The translations under genes were made by a program, and so were the position numbers. A stretch of 32,000 nt of DNA, taken from assembly GCA_000503915.1 (NCBI GenBank), contig CP006915.1, positions 660,001-692,000 on the forward strand. Reading direction: 5' to 3'. Below, piece after piece: positions 15,579 through 22,517 of the stretch. The notes beneath the pieces are model-generated. The model did not search any database. It saw only the letters and a program-made list of their open reading frames with translations, and was not told where the DNA came from. How positions within the stretch are numbered: the first letter of the stretch is position 1; each line of letters opens with the position of its first letter. This DNA comes from Candidatus Saccharimonadota bacterium (GTDB taxonomy: Bacteria > Patescibacteriota > Saccharimonadia > Saccharimonadales > Saccharimonadaceae).

Positions 15579-16010
15579 CTACTTTACCTCAACTTTCTCT
15601 GGCGTCTGAGCGGTGTGGGCGTGATCGCTACCAGGGAAAACTCTCAGGCGCTGCATGCGCTCTGGTGACAGTTTATTCTTTGGTAACATACCCTTGACGG
15701 CGTTTTCGATAATGCGCTCAGGGAACTTCTCACGGACTTCCTTGAGGCTTGCGTCTTTGATACCGCCAGGAAAACCGCTGTGTCGGTAGTAGATCTTGCC
15801 TTCTTCTTTATCGCCAGTTACTTTAACTTCTTTAGCATTAATCACGACGACGTAGTCGCCACCGTCAATGTGCGGTGTGTAGGTCGGCTTGTACTTGCCG
15901 ATCAGATACTTTGCGATTTCCGTAGCAACGCGACCAAGAGGTGCGTCTTTGGCGTCAATCAGTACCCAGCGGCGAGTAACTTCACTTGGCTTTTGAGAGT
16001 AGGTTTTCAT
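15579..16010 (-). CDS. rplM: 50S ribosomal protein L13
   Basis: 143 aa. W.LIDA....LGR.A..IA..L.GK.KP.YTPH.D.GD.VVVINA is the L13 signature. Confidence 0.95.
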   Translation of the reverse strand: MKTYSQKPSEVTRRWVLIDAKDAPLGRVATEIAKYLIGKYKPTYTPHIDGGDYVVVINAKEVKVTGDKEEGKIYYRHSGFPGGIKDASLKEVREKFPERIIENAVKGMLPKNKLSPERMQRLRVFPGSDHAHTAQTPEKVEVK

Positions 16011-16426
16011 TATTTAGCCCCCGCCTGCCCTGCAGGGCGGGCAGGTCCTTCTTTAGGTTCTTCACTAAGCTTATCTACGAAGCTTATCGTTGCCATTTCA
16101 GCGCCATCACCCTTGCGGATACGAGTACGCTCAACGCGTACGTGTCCGCTAGTGCGGCCACCTAGTTGTGGGGCAATTTCATCCACCAGTTTGAAAGCGG
16201 CCGCCTGCGTACTGAGACCAGCGATCACTCTACGGCGGTTTGCGAGGTCACCTTTCTTTGCTTTTGTAATCAGCTTTTCGATGTAGCGAACCAATTCTTT
16301 TGCCTTTGGCAGGGTGGTTTCGATCTTGCCATGTTCAACAAGGCTCGTCGCCAAGCCTTTTAGCAAGGCGCGGCGCTGGTCGCGTTCTCGGCCGAATTTT
16401 CGTCCTTTATATCCGTGTCTGTGCAT
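16010..16426 (-). CDS. rplQ: 50S ribosomal protein L17 (with Pro/Gly/Ala-rich C-terminal tail)
   Basis: 138 aa, MHRHGYKGRKFGRERDQRRALLKGLATSLVEHGKIETTLPKAKELVRYIEKLIT. It overlaps the rplM start by 1 nt (TAATG). Confidence 0.93.
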   Translation of the reverse strand: MHRHGYKGRKFGRERDQRRALLKGLATSLVEHGKIETTLPKAKELVRYIEKLITKAKKGDLANRRRVIAGLSTQAAAFKLVDEIAPQLGGRTSGHVRVERTRIRKGDGAEMATISFVDKLSEEPKEGPARPAGQAGAK

Positions 16427-16427
16427 C

Positions 16428-17351
16428 CTACAGCTCCAACTCCGCTAGCTTTTCTTTCACTTCGTCGAGCGCTTTTGAGCCAAAGCCCTTGAGTTCGCGC
16501 AGATCCTGTTCAGAAAGTGTCACAAGGTCGTGGACGGTGCGGATGTCGTTGTTGACAAGCGCGTTTGCCGTACGAGCGCTGAGATTCAACTCTTCGATTG
16601 GCGTGTTCAGCTCGTTTGAGTCGTCCTCTTCGTCCTGACCAAGCGCAGGTGCAGCCTCGACGGTCGTACTACCAGCTAGAGCTGTGTATTGGTTGACCAG
16701 GATAGCAGCTGCTTCTTCAAAAGCTTCTTTCGGCTCAATAGTGCCATCAGTCTCGATAGTTAGACGGAGCTTGTCAAGATTGGTCTCTTGACCAACACGG
16801 GTTGGGTCAACTTTGTAGCGAACCCGAAGCACTGGGCTAAAGACGGCATCGAGTGCGATCATGTCGCTGTGAAGACGACTTGTCGAAGATTCTTCAATGG
16901 TGCGGTAACCGCGGCCAGATTCGACCACGAGATCCATAACTACCGACTTCTTCGGGTCATCGATTGTACAGATGACTTGTTTTGGGTTGACGACTTCTAC
17001 GTCTGCCGTGGTTTTGATATCACCGGCAGTGACCGCGCCAGCGCCTTTCTTCTCGAGGCGAAGCTCGATCGGCTCATCAGTGTGAACTTTCAGGCGAACA
17101 TTCTTGAGGTTAAGCATGATGTCGACGACATCTTCCTTGACGCCAGAGATGGTAGTAAACTCGTGTGATGCTCCTTCAACACGGAACGCCACGATCGCGC
17201 CACCACGAATGCTCGAGAGCAAGACGCGGCGCAGACTGTTTCCGAGCGTATTGCCATATCCAGCGTGGAGCGGCTCAATCGTAAAAGTAGCGCTCACGCC
17301 AGAGTGTTCGTCGATGCCAGCCAGTGCAGGGTTGTGAATAGCGTTTGACAT
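16428..17351 (-). CDS. rpoA: DNA-directed RNA polymerase subunit alpha
   Basis: 307 aa. The N-terminal domain has EPL..GYG.TLGN.LRRVLLSS..G and the C-terminal domain has ELNLSARTANAL....I.TV.DL. Confidence 0.95.
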   Translation of the reverse strand: MSNAIHNPALAGIDEHSGVSATFTIEPLHAGYGNTLGNSLRRVLLSSIRGGAIVAFRVEGASHEFTTISGVKEDVVDIMLNLKNVRLKVHTDEPIELRLEKKGAGAVTAGDIKTTADVEVVNPKQVICTIDDPKKSVVMDLVVESGRGYRTIEESSTSRLHSDMIALDAVFSPVLRVRYKVDPTRVGQETNLDKLRLTIETDGTIEPKEAFEEAAAILVNQYTALAGSTTVEAAPALGQDEEDDSNELNTPIEELNLSARTANALVNNDIRTVHDLVTLSEQDLRELKGFGSKALDEVKEKLAELEL

Positions 17352-17367
17352 TATTGATTCTCCTTAT

Positions 17368-17985
17368 TTAGCGTGAGTAGTACTCAACGATTAATTGTTC
17401 ATTGATATCAGTCTCGGCTTCTTCTCGCTTTGGCTGGCCAGTGATCTCGATAGTTAGCTTCTTGGTGTCGCTCTTTAGCCAGCTGAGTGGACCTTGGAGG
17501 GAGTTAGCAACGACATCATTGATCTGTGAGAAGTAGCCGCTCTTGACGCTTTTTTCACGAACGGTGATAACGTCGCCAGCTTTGACGCGGATCGACGGAA
17601 TGTCGACGCGGCGGCCGTTGAGCATAAAGTGACCGTGTGAGACAAGCTGTCGGGATGCGCGGCGTGAAGTCGCGAAACTTGCACGGTAGACAGCGTTATC
17701 AAGACGTAGCTCGAGAAGCTGCAGCAGGTTTTCGCCAGCCAGACCGTCACGGCGTGTGGCTTCTTTCATTAATTTGGCAAACTGCTTTTCGAGAAGACCG
17801 TACAGTCGGCGAACCTTCTGTTTCTCGCGTAACTGGATCTGGTACAGGCTTGGCTTACTCTGACGGCCGCCCGAGTGCTGCCCTGGGATACCAGGTTTCT
17901 TTACTAGAATCTTGTGCGCCTTAGGGTGAAGGGCATAGCCTTCACGGCGACTTTGTTTCACAATCGGTGATGTATCTCGTGCCAT
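17368..17985 (-). CDS. rpsD: 30S ribosomal protein S4
   Basis: 205 aa, with YGLLEKQF...LLQLLELRLDNAVYR and the S4 RNA-binding domain. Confidence 0.95.
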   Translation of the reverse strand: MARDTSPIVKQSRREGYALHPKAHKILVKKPGIPGQHSGGRQSKPSLYQIQLREKQKVRRLYGLLEKQFAKLMKEATRRDGLAGENLLQLLELRLDNAVYRASFATSRRASRQLVSHGHFMLNGRRVDIPSIRVKAGDVITVREKSVKSGYFSQINDVVANSLQGPLSWLKSDTKKLTIEITGQPKREEAETDINEQLIVEYYSR

Positions 17986-17987
17986 GA

Positions 17988-18395
17988 CTAGACTCTCCTT
18001 GCCTTTCGTGGACGGACGCCGCCATGCGGGACGCTCGTCACATCGGTAATACTGTCAACTTGCATGTCGAAGGCACTGACGGCACGAATAGCCGCATCAC
18101 GACCAAGTCCGACGCCTTTCACGAAGACATCGACACTCTTCATGCCGTGTAGGCTGCGAGCCAGCTCGGCTGCTTTTTCAGCGGCTACTTGAGCGGCGTA
18201 AGCCGTACCTTTTTTACTACCACGAAAACCGCAAGCACCGGCGCTTGAAGCGCAGAGTACCGCGCCCTTTTTATCGGTAAAGGTAATGATCGTGTTGTTA
18301 AACGATGCCTGAACATGCATCTGACCAGCCGGAACTGAACGACGCTGCTTTTTACGCGTGGTTGTCGGCTTTTGAGTTGTAGTTGCTTCTGCCAT
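17988..18395 (-). CDS. rpsK: 30S ribosomal protein S11
   Basis: 135 aa, with HVQASFNNTIITFTD..G......SAG..GF.GS.K.T.YAAQ. Confidence 0.95.
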   Translation of the reverse strand: MAEATTTQKPTTTRKKQRRSVPAGQMHVQASFNNTIITFTDKKGAVLCASSAGACGFRGSKKGTAYAAQVAAEKAAELARSLHGMKSVDVFVKGVGLGRDAAIRAVSAFDMQVDSITDVTSVPHGGVRPRKARRV

Positions 18396-18412
18396 AATCG
18401 GTCGCTCCTTTC

Positions 18413-18799
18413 CTAGGTCTTACTTGCTGCTTTAGGTTGTGTGCCGCCGACGGCTACTGCGCGCCCCTTACGAGTTCGTGCATTCGTACGGGTTCGCTGG
18501 CCATTAACCGGCAAGCCTGCCTTGTGACGTAGGCCACGGTAGGCACCGACGTCCTTGAGGCGCTTAATATTGTTAGTAACGAGACGTTGGAGATCGCCTT
18601 CAACGGTGTAACTGGAATCAATTACCTCGCGAAGTCGCTGTTCTTCAGCCTCGGTGAGATCTTTCACCCGAGTGGTCGGCTCTATCTTCGCCGCCGCAAG
18701 GATGTCTCGAGAGTGCTTTTTGCCAATACCGTAAATGTAGGTAAGAGCGATATGCACTTGCTTTTCTGATGGGATGGTTACCCCAGCAATTCGAGCCAT
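18413..18799 (-). CDS. rpsM: 30S ribosomal protein S13
   Basis: 128 aa, with [21 protein letters not shown] and GLPV.GQRT.TNART.KG. Confidence 0.95.
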   Translation of the reverse strand: MARIAGVTIPSEKQVHIALTYIYGIGKKHSRDILAAAKIEPTTRVKDLTEAEEQRLREVIDSSYTVEGDLQRLVTNNIKRLKDVGAYRGLRHKAGLPVNGQRTRTNARTRKGRAVAVGGTQPKAASKT

Positions 18800-18801
18800 G
18801 C

Positions 18802-18918
18802 TTAACCCTGCCTTTGCTTATTCTTAGGTTTTTTCTTGTTGATAACCCGCAGGCGGCCTTTACGGCGAACCAACTGGTCGTCAGGACTGATTTTCTTGAC
18901 GCTCGCACGAACTTTCAT
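18802..18918 (-). CDS. rpmJ: 50S ribosomal protein L36 (cysteine-free form)
   Basis: Absent from the ORF track because it is under 60 aa. Hand translation gives [38 protein letters not shown] (38 aa). It matches canonical L36 at both ends but lacks the Cys/His zinc ligands. Confidence 0.88.
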   Translation of the reverse strand: MKVRASVKKISPDDQLVRRKGRLRVINKKKPKNKQRQG

Positions 18919-18955
18919 GAGGTCAGCTAAAAACCTTTCGCATTAATTTAATATA

Positions 18956-19201
18956 TTATGCAGCGACGCTTGGTCGCTCGTCTCGTAGGCGGAAGCTGAT
19001 TCGTCCCTTCGTGAGATCGTAAGGGGTCATCTCAACTTCTACCTTATCACCCGGTACCAGGCGGATATAGTGCTTGCGCATTTTGCCGCTGATGTGGGCG
19101 ATGATACTATGACCATTCTCCAGTTCCACCTTGAATTGGGTATTAGGCAGTGCTTCCACTACCGTACCTTGCATCTTAATTACTTCCTTTTGACTGGCCA
19201 T
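18956..19201 (-). CDS. infA: translation initiation factor IF-1
   Basis: 81 aa, with G.V.E.LPN..F.VELENGH...[27 protein letters not shown]. Confidence 0.95.
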   Translation of the reverse strand: MASQKEVIKMQGTVVEALPNTQFKVELENGHSIIAHISGKMRKHYIRLVPGDKVEVEMTPYDLTKGRISFRLRDERPSVAA

Positions 19202-19216
19202 AAATTACAATTGTTA

Positions 19217-19245
19217 ATTATACACGAAGAAGTGCCTAGCGTAAA
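19217..19245 (-). promoter_or_regulatory. infA proximal promoter (TTTACG-N17-TATAAT)
   Basis: Minus-strand read. The -10 box ends 15 nt before the infA ATG, and there is no SD in between. Confidence 0.5.
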
Positions 19246-19306
19246 GTGTTTTACAAGAGATTCTAACGTGAATTTTCTCACGCAGTGTTAGGTCGGATTA
19301 CATTCT

Positions 19307-19334
19307 ATTGTAGCGAAAATGATAATATCGTCAA
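19307..19334 (-). promoter_or_regulatory. infA distal promoter (TTGACG-N16-TACAAT)
   Basis: Minus-strand read. It is a near-consensus sigma70-type pair placed directly after the GC hairpin at 19343-19370. Confidence 0.5.
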
Positions 19335-19342
19335 GTTTGTAC

Positions 19343-19769
19343 GGGCGGGCGCTAATGAAAGCGCCCGCCCTTGTTGCCCTGAGTTTTTTGTCAACTTCGA
19401 TGTCCCTACGGAATGTGAGTACGAGACCCTGGGCGGTTACTCTGAGCTCACGCCATCTGATGTTTTCACATCCGTCAACCTCGAGCTTTAGGCTTGCGCC
19501 CGTGCTCGGCTCATCACTGCAACTTCAGGGCATTTCAACCCATACAGTAGGTGAGGTCACCGGGTATCTAATCCGGTAGCAGGAAGGCCAAGTATCCCAC
19601 CGTTTGAAGGATGTCAAACACTCCTTCAGGCCTAGATGAATGGAGTAATCCACTCACCGCCCTGCGATAGCTTTACGCCACCAATCTTGCGACCGCGCAG
19701 CACAGTTCTTTCGCAGACAGCAAACACTGTTTTTGGCATCCGCTACGGATCCTCCTTCCAGCGTTTGTT
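19343..19769 (-). ncRNA. candidate structured RNA of unassigned class (strand and ends provisional)
   Basis: The gene-bearing strand has no usable ORF. An extended -10 box lies at 19776-19784, followed by multiple hairpins, several with GNRA loops on the minus-strand reading. A terminal 10-bp G/C hairpin sits at 19343-19370. Details are in the findings. Confidence 0.35.
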
Positions 19770-19775
19770 GAGGCT

Positions 19776-19784
19776 ATTATACCA
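19776..19784 (-). promoter_or_regulatory. extended -10 box TGGTATAAT immediately after the sortase-like stop codon
   Basis: Minus-strand read: TAA-CCCTG-TGGTATAAT-AGCCTC. It has the same box type as the other promoters in this window. Confidence 0.45.
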
Positions 19785-19789
19785 CAGGG

Positions 19790-20473
19790 TTACTTACGGA
19801 CAGCACGGAGGATTGTACGGTAGCTATAGTCTGCATTTTTTGGCACCCAGTGACCACTTGACGTAATTACCGATAACCCTTCTTTAGTGTCATCGACGGG
19901 GTACATTGCCTGCGGGATGCCAGTCTTTAGTGCGTTTAGAGTCGGCATCTCGTGAACATCGTAGACAGTATAGGTAAATCTTTTACCGTCACCGCGCTCA
20001 AGCTTTATCACATCGCCTGTCTTTAGATCGGTAAGACGCGCTAGTACGCCGTTTCGCGCCTTGCCTCTACTATGACCATTGAGCACGACAGCTCCATAAT
20101 CTTGTCCCGGTTGCGCACTCTCGCTGTACCAGCCGACGTCGTCCAAATATTTAGGTTGTTCAAACTGACGGTGGCTGTCGAGCTTGATCGGAGTGATACG
20201 TGCGTTCTCTATGCCAAGCTTAGGGATCGAGAAGTAGCGTGGTTCATCAGCCTTGACAGTATAGTTCTTACGCTGCTCTTGACTCACCGGAGTCTCATTG
20301 ACGCTCGGGTCGGCAGAGGCTATCGGTAAATTAAACGGCAATTCGCCCGTGTTGTACCAACGAAGGCCATAGTAGCCGATGAGAATAATAAGGGCAAGAA
20401 ATATAAGACGTAAAATCCACCGCACTGGGCTAAAGCTACGTGTTTGTTTTATTTCTAGTCCCGTTGCCATCAC
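19790..20473 (-). CDS. membrane-anchored sortase-fold protein lacking the catalytic cysteine
   Basis: 227 aa with an N-terminal TM helix. It shows the class E/F sortase-like pattern: YFSIPKLGI...VGWY...PGQ.GAVVLNGHS...L..LK.GD.I......FTY.V. The expected L.TC.G site reads LSVITSSG, and the conserved Arg is present (YRTILRAVRK). The start is GTG at 20473 or ATG at 20470. Confidence 0.7.
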   Translation of the reverse strand: MMATGLEIKQTRSFSPVRWILRLIFLALIILIGYYGLRWYNTGELPFNLPIASADPSVNETPVSQEQRKNYTVKADEPRYFSIPKLGIENARITPIKLDSHRQFEQPKYLDDVGWYSESAQPGQDYGAVVLNGHSRGKARNGVLARLTDLKTGDVIKLERGDGKRFTYTVYDVHEMPTLNALKTGIPQAMYPVDDTKEGLSVITSSGHWVPKNADYSYRTILRAVRK

Positions 20474-20509
20474 AGGTTATTTTAGCACGAGCACTTTAGC
20501 TAGTAAACG

Positions 20510-21925
20510 CTACTTGTAGTCGTCGTAAGTGACCATCAGCGCCCGCGAGTTGATCTGTCGCAGGCTCTCGAGAGCCACTGATACGACGATCAGGATACCG
20601 GTGCCACCGATAGCCAGGTTGCTGTTTTGTACCCCAGCAAACTGATAAAGGATATACTCAGCGATATACGGCAGAACGGCGATGGCACCCAGTACGAACG
20701 AACCGAAGAGAATCAAGCGGTTCATAGTACTCGAAAGATATTTTTCGGTTTGCTCACCTGGCCTGATGCCTTCGATAAAGCCACCTTGTTTTTGCAGATT
20801 CTCGGCAATCTCGTTGGCATTAAAGACAATGCCGGTATAAAAGTAAGTGAAGGCGATCACAAGCAGAAAATACATACCAGGATAGATAAAGGCTTGCGCC
20901 GTACTGCCGGTAAACTGGCCAGGATTTGGCGTCTGAAACCAAGTGATAAGATTGTTGCCGATCTCAACGTAGTCAGCATTACCAGTAGCCTTTAGTACCT
21001 GTCCGATGAAGGCTGGCAAGCTAAGGAATGCCACGGCGAAGATGACGGGGATCACGCCGGCAGCGATCAGTTTCATCGGTAGAATACTTTTGACACCACC
21101 GTACGACGAGTTTCCCTGCACACGCTTGGCGTAATTGATCGTTACAACGCGCTGGGCTTCATTGATCTTTACGAGCAGGTACAAGACAGCCAGTGAGGCT
21201 AGCACGATCGCCAGGACGATCCAGAATGCCAGCGGGTTAATAGGTAGCTCAAACCAGCCGAAGACACTGAGGCCACCAGAAGACGTGTCAACGAGCGAAG
21301 CACCGATTGATTGCAGTGTCTGCGGCATCTGACTAACAATGCCGGCAAAGATCAGCAAGCTAAGTCCGTTACCGACACCTTGTTCGGTCATGATCTCACC
21401 GAGCCACATCAACAGAATCGAACCTGCAGTCATAGCACCAACGGCAACTACCCACTGCATTAGCGAGGTATGGTCGAGTGCCGTGGTAGTGTTGCCCGCA
21501 AGTACCGACTGACGCAGAATATAGACGAAGGCGATTGACTGCACCACGGCAAGTGGCACGGTAATGATACGTGTCCACTGCTGGATCTTACGTCGACCTG
21601 ACTCACCGTCTTTATGCAACTCCTCGAGCTTGGGTACGGCTTTTGTCAGTAGCTGCGTGATAACGCTGGCGGTAATAAATGGACTGAGGCCGACAAGGAC
21701 GACCGAGAAGCTAGCCAGTGCCCCACCGGATAATAAGTTCAAGAAGCCACCAAAATCGCTGCCACTGACAACGCTATTGATGACTTCTTTCATTTGAGCA
21801 GGCTCGGCGAGAGGTACGGGTATATGAGCCAGGAAGCGATAAATCACAACAAGACCGAGCAGCACCAGCAAACGCTTGCGCATATCGGTATTCTTCAGTG
21901 ATTTAATGATAGTTTTCCAGTTCAT
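20510..21925 (-). CDS. secY: preprotein translocase subunit SecY
   Basis: 471 aa with 10 TM segments. It contains LGI.P.IT and GG.I.GIRPG..T..YL motifs, and sits after rplO. Confidence 0.95.
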   Translation of the reverse strand: MNWKTIIKSLKNTDMRKRLLVLLGLVVIYRFLAHIPVPLAEPAQMKEVINSVVSGSDFGGFLNLLSGGALASFSVVLVGLSPFITASVITQLLTKAVPKLEELHKDGESGRRKIQQWTRIITVPLAVVQSIAFVYILRQSVLAGNTTTALDHTSLMQWVVAVGAMTAGSILLMWLGEIMTEQGVGNGLSLLIFAGIVSQMPQTLQSIGASLVDTSSGGLSVFGWFELPINPLAFWIVLAIVLASLAVLYLLVKINEAQRVVTINYAKRVQGNSSYGGVKSILPMKLIAAGVIPVIFAVAFLSLPAFIGQVLKATGNADYVEIGNNLITWFQTPNPGQFTGSTAQAFIYPGMYFLLVIAFTYFYTGIVFNANEIAENLQKQGGFIEGIRPGEQTEKYLSSTMNRLILFGSFVLGAIAVLPYIAEYILYQFAGVQNSNLAIGGTGILIVVSVALESLRQINSRALMVTYDDYK

Positions 21926-22007
21926 TATTGCTTCTACCCTCGCTCTCTCGGCCTGGATTAGGTTGCCATATCGGTAATACTATACGTAGTATACTACGGC
22001 TTGACTG

Positions 22008-22487
22008 CTATTTGTCGGCTTTTTCGGCTTCTTTAGCACTTTTCGGCAGTGGTGTGTCGGTTTTATTAAACGCACCACCGGCTGCCTTTACGGCCGCTTG
22101 TACGCTTGCACTGGCAGCTTGAACATTTAGTGTGACTTTTTCAGTCAGTTCACCACGTGCAATAACCTTCACTGTGTGAAATGGTGTTGCGATCAGGCCT
22201 GCTTCATACAGCGAAAAGTTGTCCGCGACTTTGCCCTTGAAGGCATTTAGGTGGTCAAGGTACACAACCTGTGCCGGTGTACGGAGGCTTTTGAAGCCAC
22301 GATTCTTCGGTATGGCCTGAACAAGGGCTCGTTGACCACCCTGGAAGGTAGCACGAAGCTTTTTACCAGTACGGGCATTCTGACCCTTTGTACCACGTCC
22401 AGCGGTCTTTCCCTGGCCGGCTGAAATACCGCGGCCAACGCGCTTGCGATCTTTGCTTGAGCTTACTTGGAGTTCATTGTATTTCAT
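22008..22487 (-). CDS. rplO: 50S ribosomal protein L15
   Basis: 159 aa, with K.RVGRG...G.GKT.GRG.KGQ.AR.G. Confidence 0.93.
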   Translation of the reverse strand: MKYNELQVSSSKDRKRVGRGISAGQGKTAGRGTKGQNARTGKKLRATFQGGQRALVQAIPKNRGFKSLRTPAQVVYLDHLNAFKGKVADNFSLYEAGLIATPFHTVKVIARGELTEKVTLNVQAASASVQAAVKAAGGAFNKTDTPLPKSAKEAEKADK

Positions 22488-22517
22488 AATACTTTTCTCT
22501 GAAAAGGAGCTATATTG

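Noticed and set aside
19477-19511. Group II intron domain V-like helix (AGC at the base, 2-nt bulge on the 3' strand, GNRA loop, 35 nt)
   Set aside because: The bulge lies 1 bp above the AGC triad instead of the canonical 5 bp, and an extra internal loop is present. There is no GUGYG 5' end, no plausible domain VI bulged A and no IEP ORF. The upstream region is also too short for domains I-IV.
19343-19790. Calling the orphan region RNase P RNA (rnpB)
   Set aside because: Only two plus-strand segments resemble RNase P conserved regions. The universal P4-forming strands (GAGGAAAGUCC and ACAGAACCCGGCUUA) are missing on both strands, and the GNRA and G-U evidence favours the opposite strand. I left it as unassigned pending cmsearch.
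21985-21998. 14-nt perfect palindrome CGTAGTATACTACG in the rplO-secY spacer (contains a TATACT box; possible internal secY promoter or operator)
   Set aside because: About two such 7+7 palindromes are expected by chance in 32 kb. The 10-mer it shares with position 164-173 is also within chance expectation. I noted it only as a possible internal promoter.
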